A DNA stretch of 64,000 nucleotides, from the NCBI GenBank assembly GCA_963823665.1, contig CAWGMQ010000010.1, positions 992,001-1,056,000 of the forward strand. The letters run 5' to 3'. The notes under the pieces are model-generated. The model was given only the letters and a program-made list of their open reading frames with translations. It ran no database searches and had not been told where the DNA came from. Source of the DNA: an uncultured Planctomycetota bacterium (GTDB lineage: Bacteria > Planctomycetota > Planctomycetia > Isosphaerales > Isosphaeraceae). The position numbers and the translations under genes were made by a program. This document shows positions 23,684 to 32,466 of this stretch, piece after piece; the first letter of the stretch is position 1, and the number at the start of each line of letters is the position of its first letter.

Positions 23684-24425
23684 CACGTTCGTGCAACTAG
23701 AGTCAATCGCACTACTGCATCAGGGGCTCCCGCGCGAAGGACCGGGCAGCGATGATTGTACGCGGGAGGCTCTGAGCCGCTTGCCGGTGATGGCCCCAGG
23801 CGGAGTCGTCCTCGACCTCGGCTGCGGGCCGGGTCGTCAGACGCTTGTGCTGGCGAAGACGCTCAACACCCCCGTGATCGCCGTTGATATCCACCGGCCT
23901 TATCTGGACCAGCTCAGCCACAGCGCGGTGATCGACAGGCTCTCACAACTGATCGAGACTCATTGCGCTGATTTCGGGGCGTTGGACTTCCCGGCGGGAT
24001 GCGTCGATCTGATCTGGTCGGAAGGGGCCGCGTACGTCCTCGGCTTCGAGGAGTCATTGCGCTGCTGGGGCAGGCTTCTCAAGCCCGGCGGGCTGATGGC
24101 CGTGAGTGAATGCACGTGGCTCATGGAGTCTCCGCCGGATGAGCCGCTCGAATTCTGGCGGGCGGGCTACCCCACGATGGGGACGATCGACCAGAATTGC
24201 CGGCGTGCCGAGGGCGCAGGGTTAACAGTTCTCGATACCTTGGTTTTGCCCGAATCGGCGTGGTGGGATGAGTACTACACGCCACTGGCGGGACGAATCG
24301 CGCAATTGCGCCACGCTGCCGACGCGAGCTTGACGGCAGTCCTCGATGAAACGGAACGTGAGATTGCACTGTTCCGTCAGTACAGTACATGTTATGGATA
24401 TGTATTTTATCTCCTGCGAAGGTGA
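23673..24425 (+). CDS. Class I SAM-dependent methyltransferase
   Basis: Motifs PREGPGS, VLDLGCGPG, AVD, DLIWSEGA, LKPGG and YGYVFY. Confidence 0.9.
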   Translation: MASNTFVQLESIALLHQGLPREGPGSDDCTREALSRLPVMAPGGVVLDLGCGPGRQTLVLAKTLNTPVIAVDIHRPYLDQLSHSAVIDRLSQLIETHCADFGALDFPAGCVDLIWSEGAAYVLGFEESLRCWGRLLKPGGLMAVSECTWLMESPPDEPLEFWRAGYPTMGTIDQNCRRAEGAGLTVLDTLVLPESAWWDEYYTPLAGRIAQLRHAADASLTAVLDETEREIALFRQYSTCYGYVFYLLRR

Positions 24426-24449
24426 TGCCGTGCGGATCGGTTTCGACGC

Positions 24450-26495
24450 TCACTTGAGCAACTGACCACCTCGCGCATTCAGCATCTGTGCATCCCTGCG
24501 ATCGTTGTATTCCTTGGTCGTGAGCGTCTCTGCCGGCGCACCGTCGCCCCAGATGTAGAAGACGTTTTTCTCGACGTCGGCAACGCCGATGCCGCGGGGG
24601 TAACGGAAGGCGAGCTCCTTTTCGGTAACGGCGCCGTTGACCTGGACGTCGTGAATGAGCGTCTCGAGGATGAAGCTCGGGTTGTCGGGCTCGTCGGACC
24701 GGATCCGCTTGCGGCGAATAGTCTTCGCAAGAAAAATGCCCGGCGCGGGCTCCTGGAATTCCATCACCTGGATACGGTCCTGGATTTCCAGGTCGCCTTT
24801 TCCGTCTCGTTCCGACTTGTCGACACGGGTGATTCGCTCGCTTTCGATGACGGCGTTTCCGTGGCGCGGCGAAATCCTGATGAAATAGGAATAGTACTTT
24901 CCCTCAGGCAGCTCGTGCCGGAGGTCCCAGGCCTGGTGTCCCGGCGGAGCCTTGAGCTTTAGCTCATGAACGACGTGGCCTTGCGCATCGCGGTGCTCGA
25001 GGGGTTGGCTGCCCGCGTTCAGGTCGGCCTCGCAGAGGTCGCGGAGAGAGTACATGGCGTCGAGCAGCGTCCCCAGCAAGTAATCGGGCGCGAGGCCGGT
25101 CTTGTAGCCGCCCGGGCCAAACGTTTGAGGAGGCTTGATCAAGCCGCCGATCCTGTTCTTCGTCTCCAGTTCGTAGAGCATGGTGACCGGCTCTTCGGGG
25201 GGATTAGCCGGGTCGTAGCCGGCCATCGACCGGATGCCGTCCGGGCCGAACAGCACGTCCGTTTCTCCTCGGGGTGGTTTCAGCACTTCAAAGGTCTCGC
25301 CGCCCCTCAATAGACGATGGGTCGTCGAATGAGCTCTCTCCCTCAGCCCGCTCTTGCAAACTTTCCAGGTGACCAGTTCTCTCCAATTTTTTCCGCCGTC
25401 GAAGCTGACTCGCTCAACGATCGTGCATTTGAGTGTTTGAATTTGCTTTTGATTTTGCTCGTGCGCGAGGACGAGCGCCTGAAATTGCGGAAGGAGAGCC
25501 CGCGATGCGGGTTTCGGGCCGGCTTGGCCGGGTGTTGCTGGCTGCTTCTGCGGGAGCGCAATCGGCGTGGGAACGGCCGTGGCCGGTGGCGCAGACTGCG
25601 GCACCTTCGCGTGCTGCGCCAGGACCACAGTCCCGAGAGCTCCGGCGATCAGGAACGCGGCAAGCGCCACGAGCCGGATGGTGCTAAGCAGCATGGATCG
25701 AAGCACGCTGCGAGCCAGGTTCGCAATCGCCGCGGGGATCGCGGGTTCTCCGGACACCAGGCCGCTTACCGACGACCACCATGATGCGTGCTGAACGGTT
25801 GACGCGGCCAGGGCCGAGGGCAGGGGGGGCAGCACGAGTCGAAGCGCTTCGCTGGTGGCCGCTGGTAGGCCCGACGCGAGTCCTCGATTGCGAAGCCGCG
25901 ACGCCAGCTTGCGACGTGCCCGATGAAGCCGGCCGCGCAGGGTCGGCTCCGTCACGCCGAGCTGCCGTGCCGCTGCGTCGTAGGAGAGTCCCGCGAGCGA
26001 ACAAAGGACAATCGGTGCGCGAAGATTCGCCGGCAGATTGGCGATTTCCTGCTGGATCACCTGGTCGGCGTCGCCGTCGAGAATGGGAGAGGCATTTCCA
26101 TGCGGCGCGGCGACATCAGCGCAAAGCGGGACCTCGGAACGCTCGCGCCGGGCTCTCCGCCGCCGCGCCCTCCGGGCAACCCGGCTGGCAACGCCATAGA
26201 GCCACGGGCCGAGGGACTCGCGAACCCAGATCGCATCGCCCTTGCGCACGAGCACCAAGAACGTTGCCTGGAACGCATCCTCGGCGTCATGCGGGTCGAG
26301 GATCAAGCTGCGGCAAAGGCCCAGGACCATCGGACCATGCCGCTCGACCAGAATGCGGAACGCTTCCTGGCCGCTCGCACCGCGATCCGTCCGGAAACGC
26401 TCGAGCAGCTCGCGGTCGGTCAAAGCTCCCAGATTGCCCGCGTTGAAGAGCGCATCCAGCGACCGCCATTTTGATTGTGCCAATCGCGTCGTCAT
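24450..26495 (-). CDS. ECF sigma factor with TM helix, Pro-rich linker and large C-terminal extracytoplasmic domain
   Basis: LTDRELLERF, RHGPMV, DAEDAFQATFLVL, GPWLYGVA; sigma4 GLSYDAAARQLGV..LRGRLHRAR; TM LVALAAFLIAGALGTVVLA. Confidence 0.88.
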   Translation of the reverse strand: MTTRLAQSKWRSLDALFNAGNLGALTDRELLERFRTDRGASGQEAFRILVERHGPMVLGLCRSLILDPHDAEDAFQATFLVLVRKGDAIWVRESLGPWLYGVASRVARRARRRRARRERSEVPLCADVAAPHGNASPILDGDADQVIQQEIANLPANLRAPIVLCSLAGLSYDAAARQLGVTEPTLRGRLHRARRKLASRLRNRGLASGLPAATSEALRLVLPPLPSALAASTVQHASWWSSVSGLVSGEPAIPAAIANLARSVLRSMLLSTIRLVALAAFLIAGALGTVVLAQHAKVPQSAPPATAVPTPIALPQKQPATPGQAGPKPASRALLPQFQALVLAHEQNQKQIQTLKCTIVERVSFDGGKNWRELVTWKVCKSGLRERAHSTTHRLLRGGETFEVLKPPRGETDVLFGPDGIRSMAGYDPANPPEEPVTMLYELETKNRIGGLIKPPQTFGPGGYKTGLAPDYLLGTLLDAMYSLRDLCEADLNAGSQPLEHRDAQGHVVHELKLKAPPGHQAWDLRHELPEGKYYSYFIRISPRHGNAVIESERITRVDKSERDGKGDLEIQDRIQVMEFQEPAPGIFLAKTIRRKRIRSDEPDNPSFILETLIHDVQVNGAVTEKELAFRYPRGIGVADVEKNVFYIWGDGAPAETLTTKEYNDRRDAQMLNARGGQLLK

Positions 26496-26718
26496 CGTGA
26501 TCCCCCCCCCGCCGGACTGTTCTCCGCTCGGATTCTTCGTTTTCCTCAATCATACAATGCCGCGCCGCGAACGATCCTCACGTTAATGACTCGAATTGCG
26601 CATCGAGCGGCGGTACGTTAGGTGCAAGAGACCGCGGTTGCACGATCACGAATCGCTCGAGGCGGCCGGCTCAGGCCGGGCCGCGGGCCGGACAGGAACC
26701 ACCGTACCCCGAGCATTT

Positions 26719-28806
26719 ATGAAGACGATTCGGCGAACGTTGAGTCTGGCAGGGCTCGTCATTGTCATCGCATCGCCGGCCAGTCACGGCGACGAGGGGA
26801 TGTGGACATTCGACAATTTGCCGCTCAAACTGCTCGAAGAGCGTTACGGATTCAAGCCAACACCCGAGTGGATTGCCAGGGTGCGCTCGGCGGCTGTTCG
26901 GTTCAATAGTGGCGGGTCTGGCTCGTTTGTTTCGCCGGATGGTCTGGTGATGACCAATCACCACGTCGCCGGCGATACGCTTCAGAAGCTCAGCACGCCC
27001 GCCAAGGACTACTTCAAAGACGGGTTCCTGGCGCGTGACCGCGAGCACGAAGTGAAGGCACCCGACCTGGAATTGAACGTGCTGGTTGGCATCGACGACG
27101 TTACTGAGCGCGTGAATGCCGCTGTCTCCTCCGACATGAACGATGCCGCGGCCGCCAAGGCAAGACGGCAGACAATTGCGGCCATCGAGAAAGAGGCGTT
27201 TGACCGCACCGGGCTGCGCAGTGACGTGGTCACGCTCTATCGAGGAGGGAGATATCACCTCTACAGCTATAAAAAGCACACCGATGTTCGTCTGGTATTC
27301 GCGCCCGAGTCTGCCATCGCGTCGTTCGGTGGTGATCCGGACAACTTCGAATTTCCGCGGTATGACCTCGATTGTGCATTCTTTCGCGCCTACGAAGACG
27401 GCAAGCCGGCCAGGCCGGCGCAGGTTCTGAGCTGGGGCGAGCAGGGCACAAAGGAGGGGGAGCTCGTGTTCGTCGTCGGGAATCCCGGTGCGACTTCGCG
27501 GCTCAATACCGTGGCCCATCTGGAATACCTGCGCGACGTGTCGCTGCCCCGGAGGCTGGCGCTGGTGGAAGGAATCGAGGAATGCCTGCTGGAGTACGGA
27601 AGGCGGAGTTCTGAATTGCTGCGACAGTCCAAACAGGCCCTCCAGAGCATCCAGAACACGCGGAAGCTTTCCGTCGGCCGGCTCGCCGGTTTGCGAGATC
27701 CCGCCTTGATCGAGCGGAAAGCACAAGCGGAGCGGGCATTTCGCGAACGGATCGCGAAGAATGCGCGCGAGCAGGAGCTTTACGGCCAGGCGTGGGACAA
27801 GATCGCCCACTCGTGCGACACAGCCCGGCGGGTAGACTTGCCAATGACATTTCTTGAAAACAGAGGAGCCTTCAACTCGGAGCTCTTCGACATCGCCCGT
27901 AGGATCGTCCGGCTCGTCGAAGAAGATACGAAGCCAAACTCCGAGCGTCTGCGCGAGTATGGCGACGCCGGGAGAGCTTCGCTCGAGCAGGACCTTTACT
28001 CGCCTGCGCCCGTCTATCCCGACTTTGAGGAGGCGAAGCTGACCCATTCGCTGGCTTACTGGAAGCAGACTGTCGGCCAATCGGACACAACTTGCTCGCG
28101 CGTGCTCGGCGGCCAAAACCCCGAGGCTGTGGCCAGGGAGCTGGTGCGTGGATCGAAGCTCGCCGATGTCGACGTTCGCAAGCAACTCGTGAAGGGAGGC
28201 GTCAAGGCCGTGGCGGAGTCCGACGACTCGATGATCCGTCTGGCCCGGGATATCGATGCAGAAGCTCGCGCAGCGCGACGTGTTTGGGACGACGAGGTGA
28301 ACGGCGTTCAGAACGCCCAGTATGCCCTCATCGCCAGGGCGATTTTCGAAGGCCAGGGGACGACGTCCTACCCCGATGCAACGTTCACGCTCCGCCTGGC
28401 TCTGGGAGTGGTGAAGGGCTACGAACCCGATGGCAAACGGGTGCCGGCCTTCACGACGATCGGTGGTGCACTTGAGCACGCCGCTGCGCATGGTAATGTC
28501 TATCCGTACGTAATTCCAAAGAGCTGGATCGCCGCTCGAGACGGCGGCGGGCTTGCGCTCGAGACACCGATGAACTTCGTGTCAACGGCAGACACGATCG
28601 GTGGCAACTCGGGCAGCCCGGTGATCGATCGAAGCGGTGCGGTCGTCGGGTTGAACTTCGACCGCAACCGATATGGTCTGGCCCGCGACTTCGGCTACGA
28701 CGACCGCCTGGGGCGGCATATCGCCGTCGATGTGCGGGGGATTTCCGAGGCATTGCGGTCCGTGTACAAGGCCGAGGAGTTGCTGCGGGAATTGCGGGGA
28801 AGGTGA
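26719..28806 (+). CDS. S46 family dipeptidyl peptidase, secreted
   Basis: Signal peptide then DEGMW; GSGSFVSPDGLVMTNHHV; FGGDPDNFEFPR; YPDATFTLRL; DTIGGNSGSPV; GLNFD. Confidence 0.92.
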   Translation: MKTIRRTLSLAGLVIVIASPASHGDEGMWTFDNLPLKLLEERYGFKPTPEWIARVRSAAVRFNSGGSGSFVSPDGLVMTNHHVAGDTLQKLSTPAKDYFKDGFLARDREHEVKAPDLELNVLVGIDDVTERVNAAVSSDMNDAAAAKARRQTIAAIEKEAFDRTGLRSDVVTLYRGGRYHLYSYKKHTDVRLVFAPESAIASFGGDPDNFEFPRYDLDCAFFRAYEDGKPARPAQVLSWGEQGTKEGELVFVVGNPGATSRLNTVAHLEYLRDVSLPRRLALVEGIEECLLEYGRRSSELLRQSKQALQSIQNTRKLSVGRLAGLRDPALIERKAQAERAFRERIAKNAREQELYGQAWDKIAHSCDTARRVDLPMTFLENRGAFNSELFDIARRIVRLVEEDTKPNSERLREYGDAGRASLEQDLYSPAPVYPDFEEAKLTHSLAYWKQTVGQSDTTCSRVLGGQNPEAVARELVRGSKLADVDVRKQLVKGGVKAVAESDDSMIRLARDIDAEARAARRVWDDEVNGVQNAQYALIARAIFEGQGTTSYPDATFTLRLALGVVKGYEPDGKRVPAFTTIGGALEHAAAHGNVYPYVIPKSWIAARDGGGLALETPMNFVSTADTIGGNSGSPVIDRSGAVVGLNFDRNRYGLARDFGYDDRLGRHIAVDVRGISEALRSVYKAEELLRELRGR

Positions 28807-28984
28807 GATCGGGATGGCGTGCGGTGTGCCCGATCGGGGTGAGGAGGCTTCCGTCGTGGCCCCCGATCCGTGCCCTGCCGAAGAGCAGTCGACGGGGATG
28901 ATGCCACTTCAGCACACGAACGCAATCCGCCGACAGCCTGTCATCGCGTCAACAGTGCAAACCCGCACGAAAAAACTCTTTAGG

Positions 28985-29133
28985 CCTGCGTCACCCGTCG
29001 TTTGCGTCATCCCTTTGCATCGCTTGGACTTAACGGGTGACGCAGGAATAATCGGACCTGCGCAAAATCAAAGCAACGCATTGGCGCATAATGAGTTATG
29101 AGGTGACGCAGCGGTGACGTAGGGGTGACGCAG
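28985..29133. repeat. Cluster of GGTGACGCA repeats (inverted pair plus three 11-bp tandem copies)
   Basis: CCTGCGTCACCCGT (28985-28998) and ACGGGTGACGCAGG (29033-29046) form a perfect 14-bp IR; aGGTGACGcAG, cGGTGACGtAG and gGGTGACGcAG lie in tandem at 29101-29133. Confidence 0.85.
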
Positions 29134-29306
29134 CATCTCCCTCATGTTACGCGTAGTCGTCCAGCGCTCGATCTCTGCGCCCCCACGTGTCGGATCGCCG
29201 GACGGAGCCGGCTCCTACACGAATGTGCTCGCACAGGTCGCATCGGTAGGAGGGCGCCTCGTCTGGTTTGTTGAAAACTCGCGATTGAGCGCGGTCTCTC
29301 GTCGCT

Positions 29307-32300
29307 TCACGGCTCGTTGGCGTTCAAGCCCGCTTTGAGGACCCTGTCGATCCGGAAGCGAATCTCCTTCAGGTGCGCGAGTGTTGTGTCGTCGAACTTG
29401 CGGGTTTTCTGCTCGAGGAGCTTGTCGATTTTCTGGCCGATCTCGTCGAGGTGCAACCTCGCGAGATTCTTGGCATCCGCCGGATAGGATGATGAGCCGC
29501 CCAGGACGACGACGAAGCTGTATCCGCCGTACGGGGAGCCGCTCTTCGGCCCGAGCACGATGTTGCTGAGCCGCTTGACGTACTCTCGCTGGAGATTTCG
29601 CCGAATCGTGGAAACCGCATAAGGCGACGAGCCCTCGGCCGGAGGCGAGGCGACTTCCGTGAAGATACCATCGGACAGCGTCCGGAAGATCTCGGCGATT
29701 TTGAGCGGATTGCTGCCGGGGTCGCTCTGGAGCTCCTGATTCTGGATTCGAGAGAGCACGCCCGGATCGAGGCACTGGTCCACCACGATCTCCTGGATGC
29801 CCAGGATCATCCCGTAGAGCGGGTAATCGGTATTGCCGAAGTACGAGTAGCGGCTGTCCTGCCAGGACTCGGTCATAAGCTTCCGGAGCAAGGCAGGGGA
29901 GAACTGAAACGCCTTGTCGGCAAGAATATAGTCGACCAGGAACTTGAGCGCCTCGCGCTGCCTGGCACCGGAGATCGGTATGACAGGGTCACGCGCCTTG
30001 TCTTTCGCCTTGTGGTCGCGGTTGACCGACTGGCCGCCGATGTACTCGGCCGAAAGGTACGCGCCGTTGCCGAACTGGCTGATGCACGACATGAATGCGC
30101 TGCGAAGCCGAGCCCACGACTCGCCGTCCTTGACGACTTTCTGATCGAGATCCTTGAGCAGCTCGGAGGCCATCGTCATGCGCATCTTGCCGTAGGCCAG
30201 CGTGTCGGAAGTCAGGTCGTAGGTGTTGACCTGGGGGTCGTTGCTCATGAAGTCGTCATCGGTGGCGAAGGCCAGGTCCGGTTCTGGAGAGCGCTCGGCG
30301 ATCTTCTTGAGCCCGGCCTCCTCGCCGCCTTCGGGGGTGGCATAGGCATATTCAATCGCCCAGTAGTCATAGGGGCCAATGGTTGTCGAGGCGTAGTCGC
30401 CTTGTTTCTGGCCCTTGGGGGCGATGTTGATCGGGTTGTAATCCATCACGCTGCCCGTCATTCCCTTGACGCGGGTGATCGACGTGTCGTTGATCTGGTC
30501 GGGCCTCAGCATGATGCTGGCCTTGAAATTGTGTCGCAGCCCGAGGGAATGGCCGACTTCGTGCATCACCACTTCCTTGATCGCCTGCCCCAGAAATCCC
30601 TCCGGCAGCTTGAGCTCCTTTTCCTTTTTCTCCTTTTCGGCTTTCTCCTTCTCGGCTTTGTCTTTTTCTTCCTTTTGCTTGTCCGAGTCCTTGTCTTTGG
30701 CCTTGGCCTCGTCGGGAGTGTCCGTCTCCAGCATTGCCAGCGCGAGGGTGGCGAAGCGCATCTCGTGGGACTTGGCGGCGCAGTAATTACACGCGGCGAG
30801 CCGGCCGTGGCTCAGCCGCTGGCTCAACTGGGCCTGGATCGGGTCCCAACCGGAAGGAACCACGTCAACGGCCAGGGGTGACGTGCCGTCCGGCCCACGG
30901 TTGTTGCCCAGGATCGCCGCGTTCATGGCGGCGGCGCGGAGGGTGCCCGGTGGCGGCACGGGGAGCCCGAATCCGTGCTTCATCGCCATGATCGGGCTCA
31001 AGACCTCGGCCATTGCCAGCGGAACCGGCCCGGCGGAGGGAGTCGGCGCCCGATGCGCTGCCGGTCGGGACCGGTACCCCCATCAAGAACGCGTATTCCT
31101 CTTGCCAGGTCTTGATCCAACTGGCGTCGAAGATCACGTCCCCGTCGATCATCTCGCCGGTGAGCGGATTGCTGCGCAGAGCCGACATGGCGAAGGTCGA
31201 GCCCGTGGTGATCCAGCGCAGCGTACAGTAGTTGATGTCTTCGGGCTCGAAGTCGTCGCGCTCATGCTGCCAGCGGACGGCGATCGCATCCTTGAAGCCG
31301 ATCTTCTCGAACGCCTTGTTCCACTCGAGAATTCCCTCCTGCACGTATGGCCGATACTCCTCGGGCACGTTGTCTTCGATATACCACGTGATCTGCTTGC
31401 GGGGGGGCGAGAGCTTGGCGCTCGGGTTCGCTTTCTCCAGCCGCCAGCGGTTGATCATGCGCTTGGCGTTGGTTTCCGGATCAGGGTTGGCGAAGTCGGT
31501 CACGGCGTTCAAGAAGTGCCCCACCCGGTAATCGGCCGTGCGAGGATGGTAACCTGGGTCGGGCGCCTTGCAGAGGCTGTAGTGCAGGACCAGGGTGATT
31601 CCCCGCGCGTCGACTACCGGAGAGGCGCCACCGAAGTAGCGCCGGTAACGGGCGCCAGTGAAGGTTGCCTCGACCTGGATCTCGTCGTTATCGGGATAGG
31701 TGCGGATCTTGAACCAGCGCGAGCGACTGCGATCCAGGCCACCGAAGCCGACCTGGGCGAAGTCGGTCAGGAAGATGTCGGCGAAGTCGATCACCAGCGT
31801 CGCGCCCTGGGGGTTGATCGAGAGGATCGGCAGGGACATGAGGATCGAGTCGGTGTAATTCTGCTTGACGGCCTTGTCGAGCGGCGTGCCCGACGGAGCG
31901 GTGAAATGGATGTTCTTGCGAACGAGCTGCAGATTGTCGCCGATCCGGCGGAAGGCGATCACCCACTCATCGCCGAAGTTGAGCGGCTGGCCCGCACTGG
32001 CGGACCCTCGGGCGATCACCATCGGCGCGAGTATCGGCTGCTCGAGCTGCTGGGGCTTGATCTCTGCATAAAGATGCTGATCTTTTTGGTGTAACGTGAT
32101 GAATCCCTCGTGCTTCGTTGCCCCTTTGGTCAGATCTGCGAAGTTCTGAAGCCGGGAGGGCTCAGCGCCGCGAGCGCCTGGCCTGGTGAATTGCCTGATC
32201 TCGAATGCCGGCGGCTCGGGCTCGGCCGGGTCTTGCATGGGAAACTCGAAAGCGGCAGACGATCGCGTGCTGCACACGCCCAGGACCAACAGAAAGCCGA

Positions 32301-32328
32301 TTTGTGTTAAATATGATCGCATCGTCAT
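29307..32328 (-). CDS. Secreted zinc-dependent metalloprotease (DUF5117/EcxA-like metzincin; frameshift ~31030)
   Basis: HEVGHSLGLRHNF plus Met-turn SVMDY and IGPYDYWAIEYAY in ORF 29307..31013; signal peptide, R.AD.RVGHF, INRWRLEK and NPLTGEMIDGD in ORF 30865..32358. Confidence 0.88.
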
Positions 32329-32466
32329 TGCCTTGTCCTTGCTTGGAGCTGCTCTCAAGAATGGCCAGGAATAAGGAACCCGGCCGGACCGTGGCAGGTT
32401 CTCCCGAATAGGTTGAGTTTATTATCCAGCAGAGAGCAGTCGTCTGACAAGCGTCTGTCACCCATT

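Noticed and set aside
30600..30720. Lys/Glu-rich low-complexity stretch in the zincin as a separate repeat element
   Set aside because: It is an in-frame charged linker before the HExxH helix, with no independent structure.
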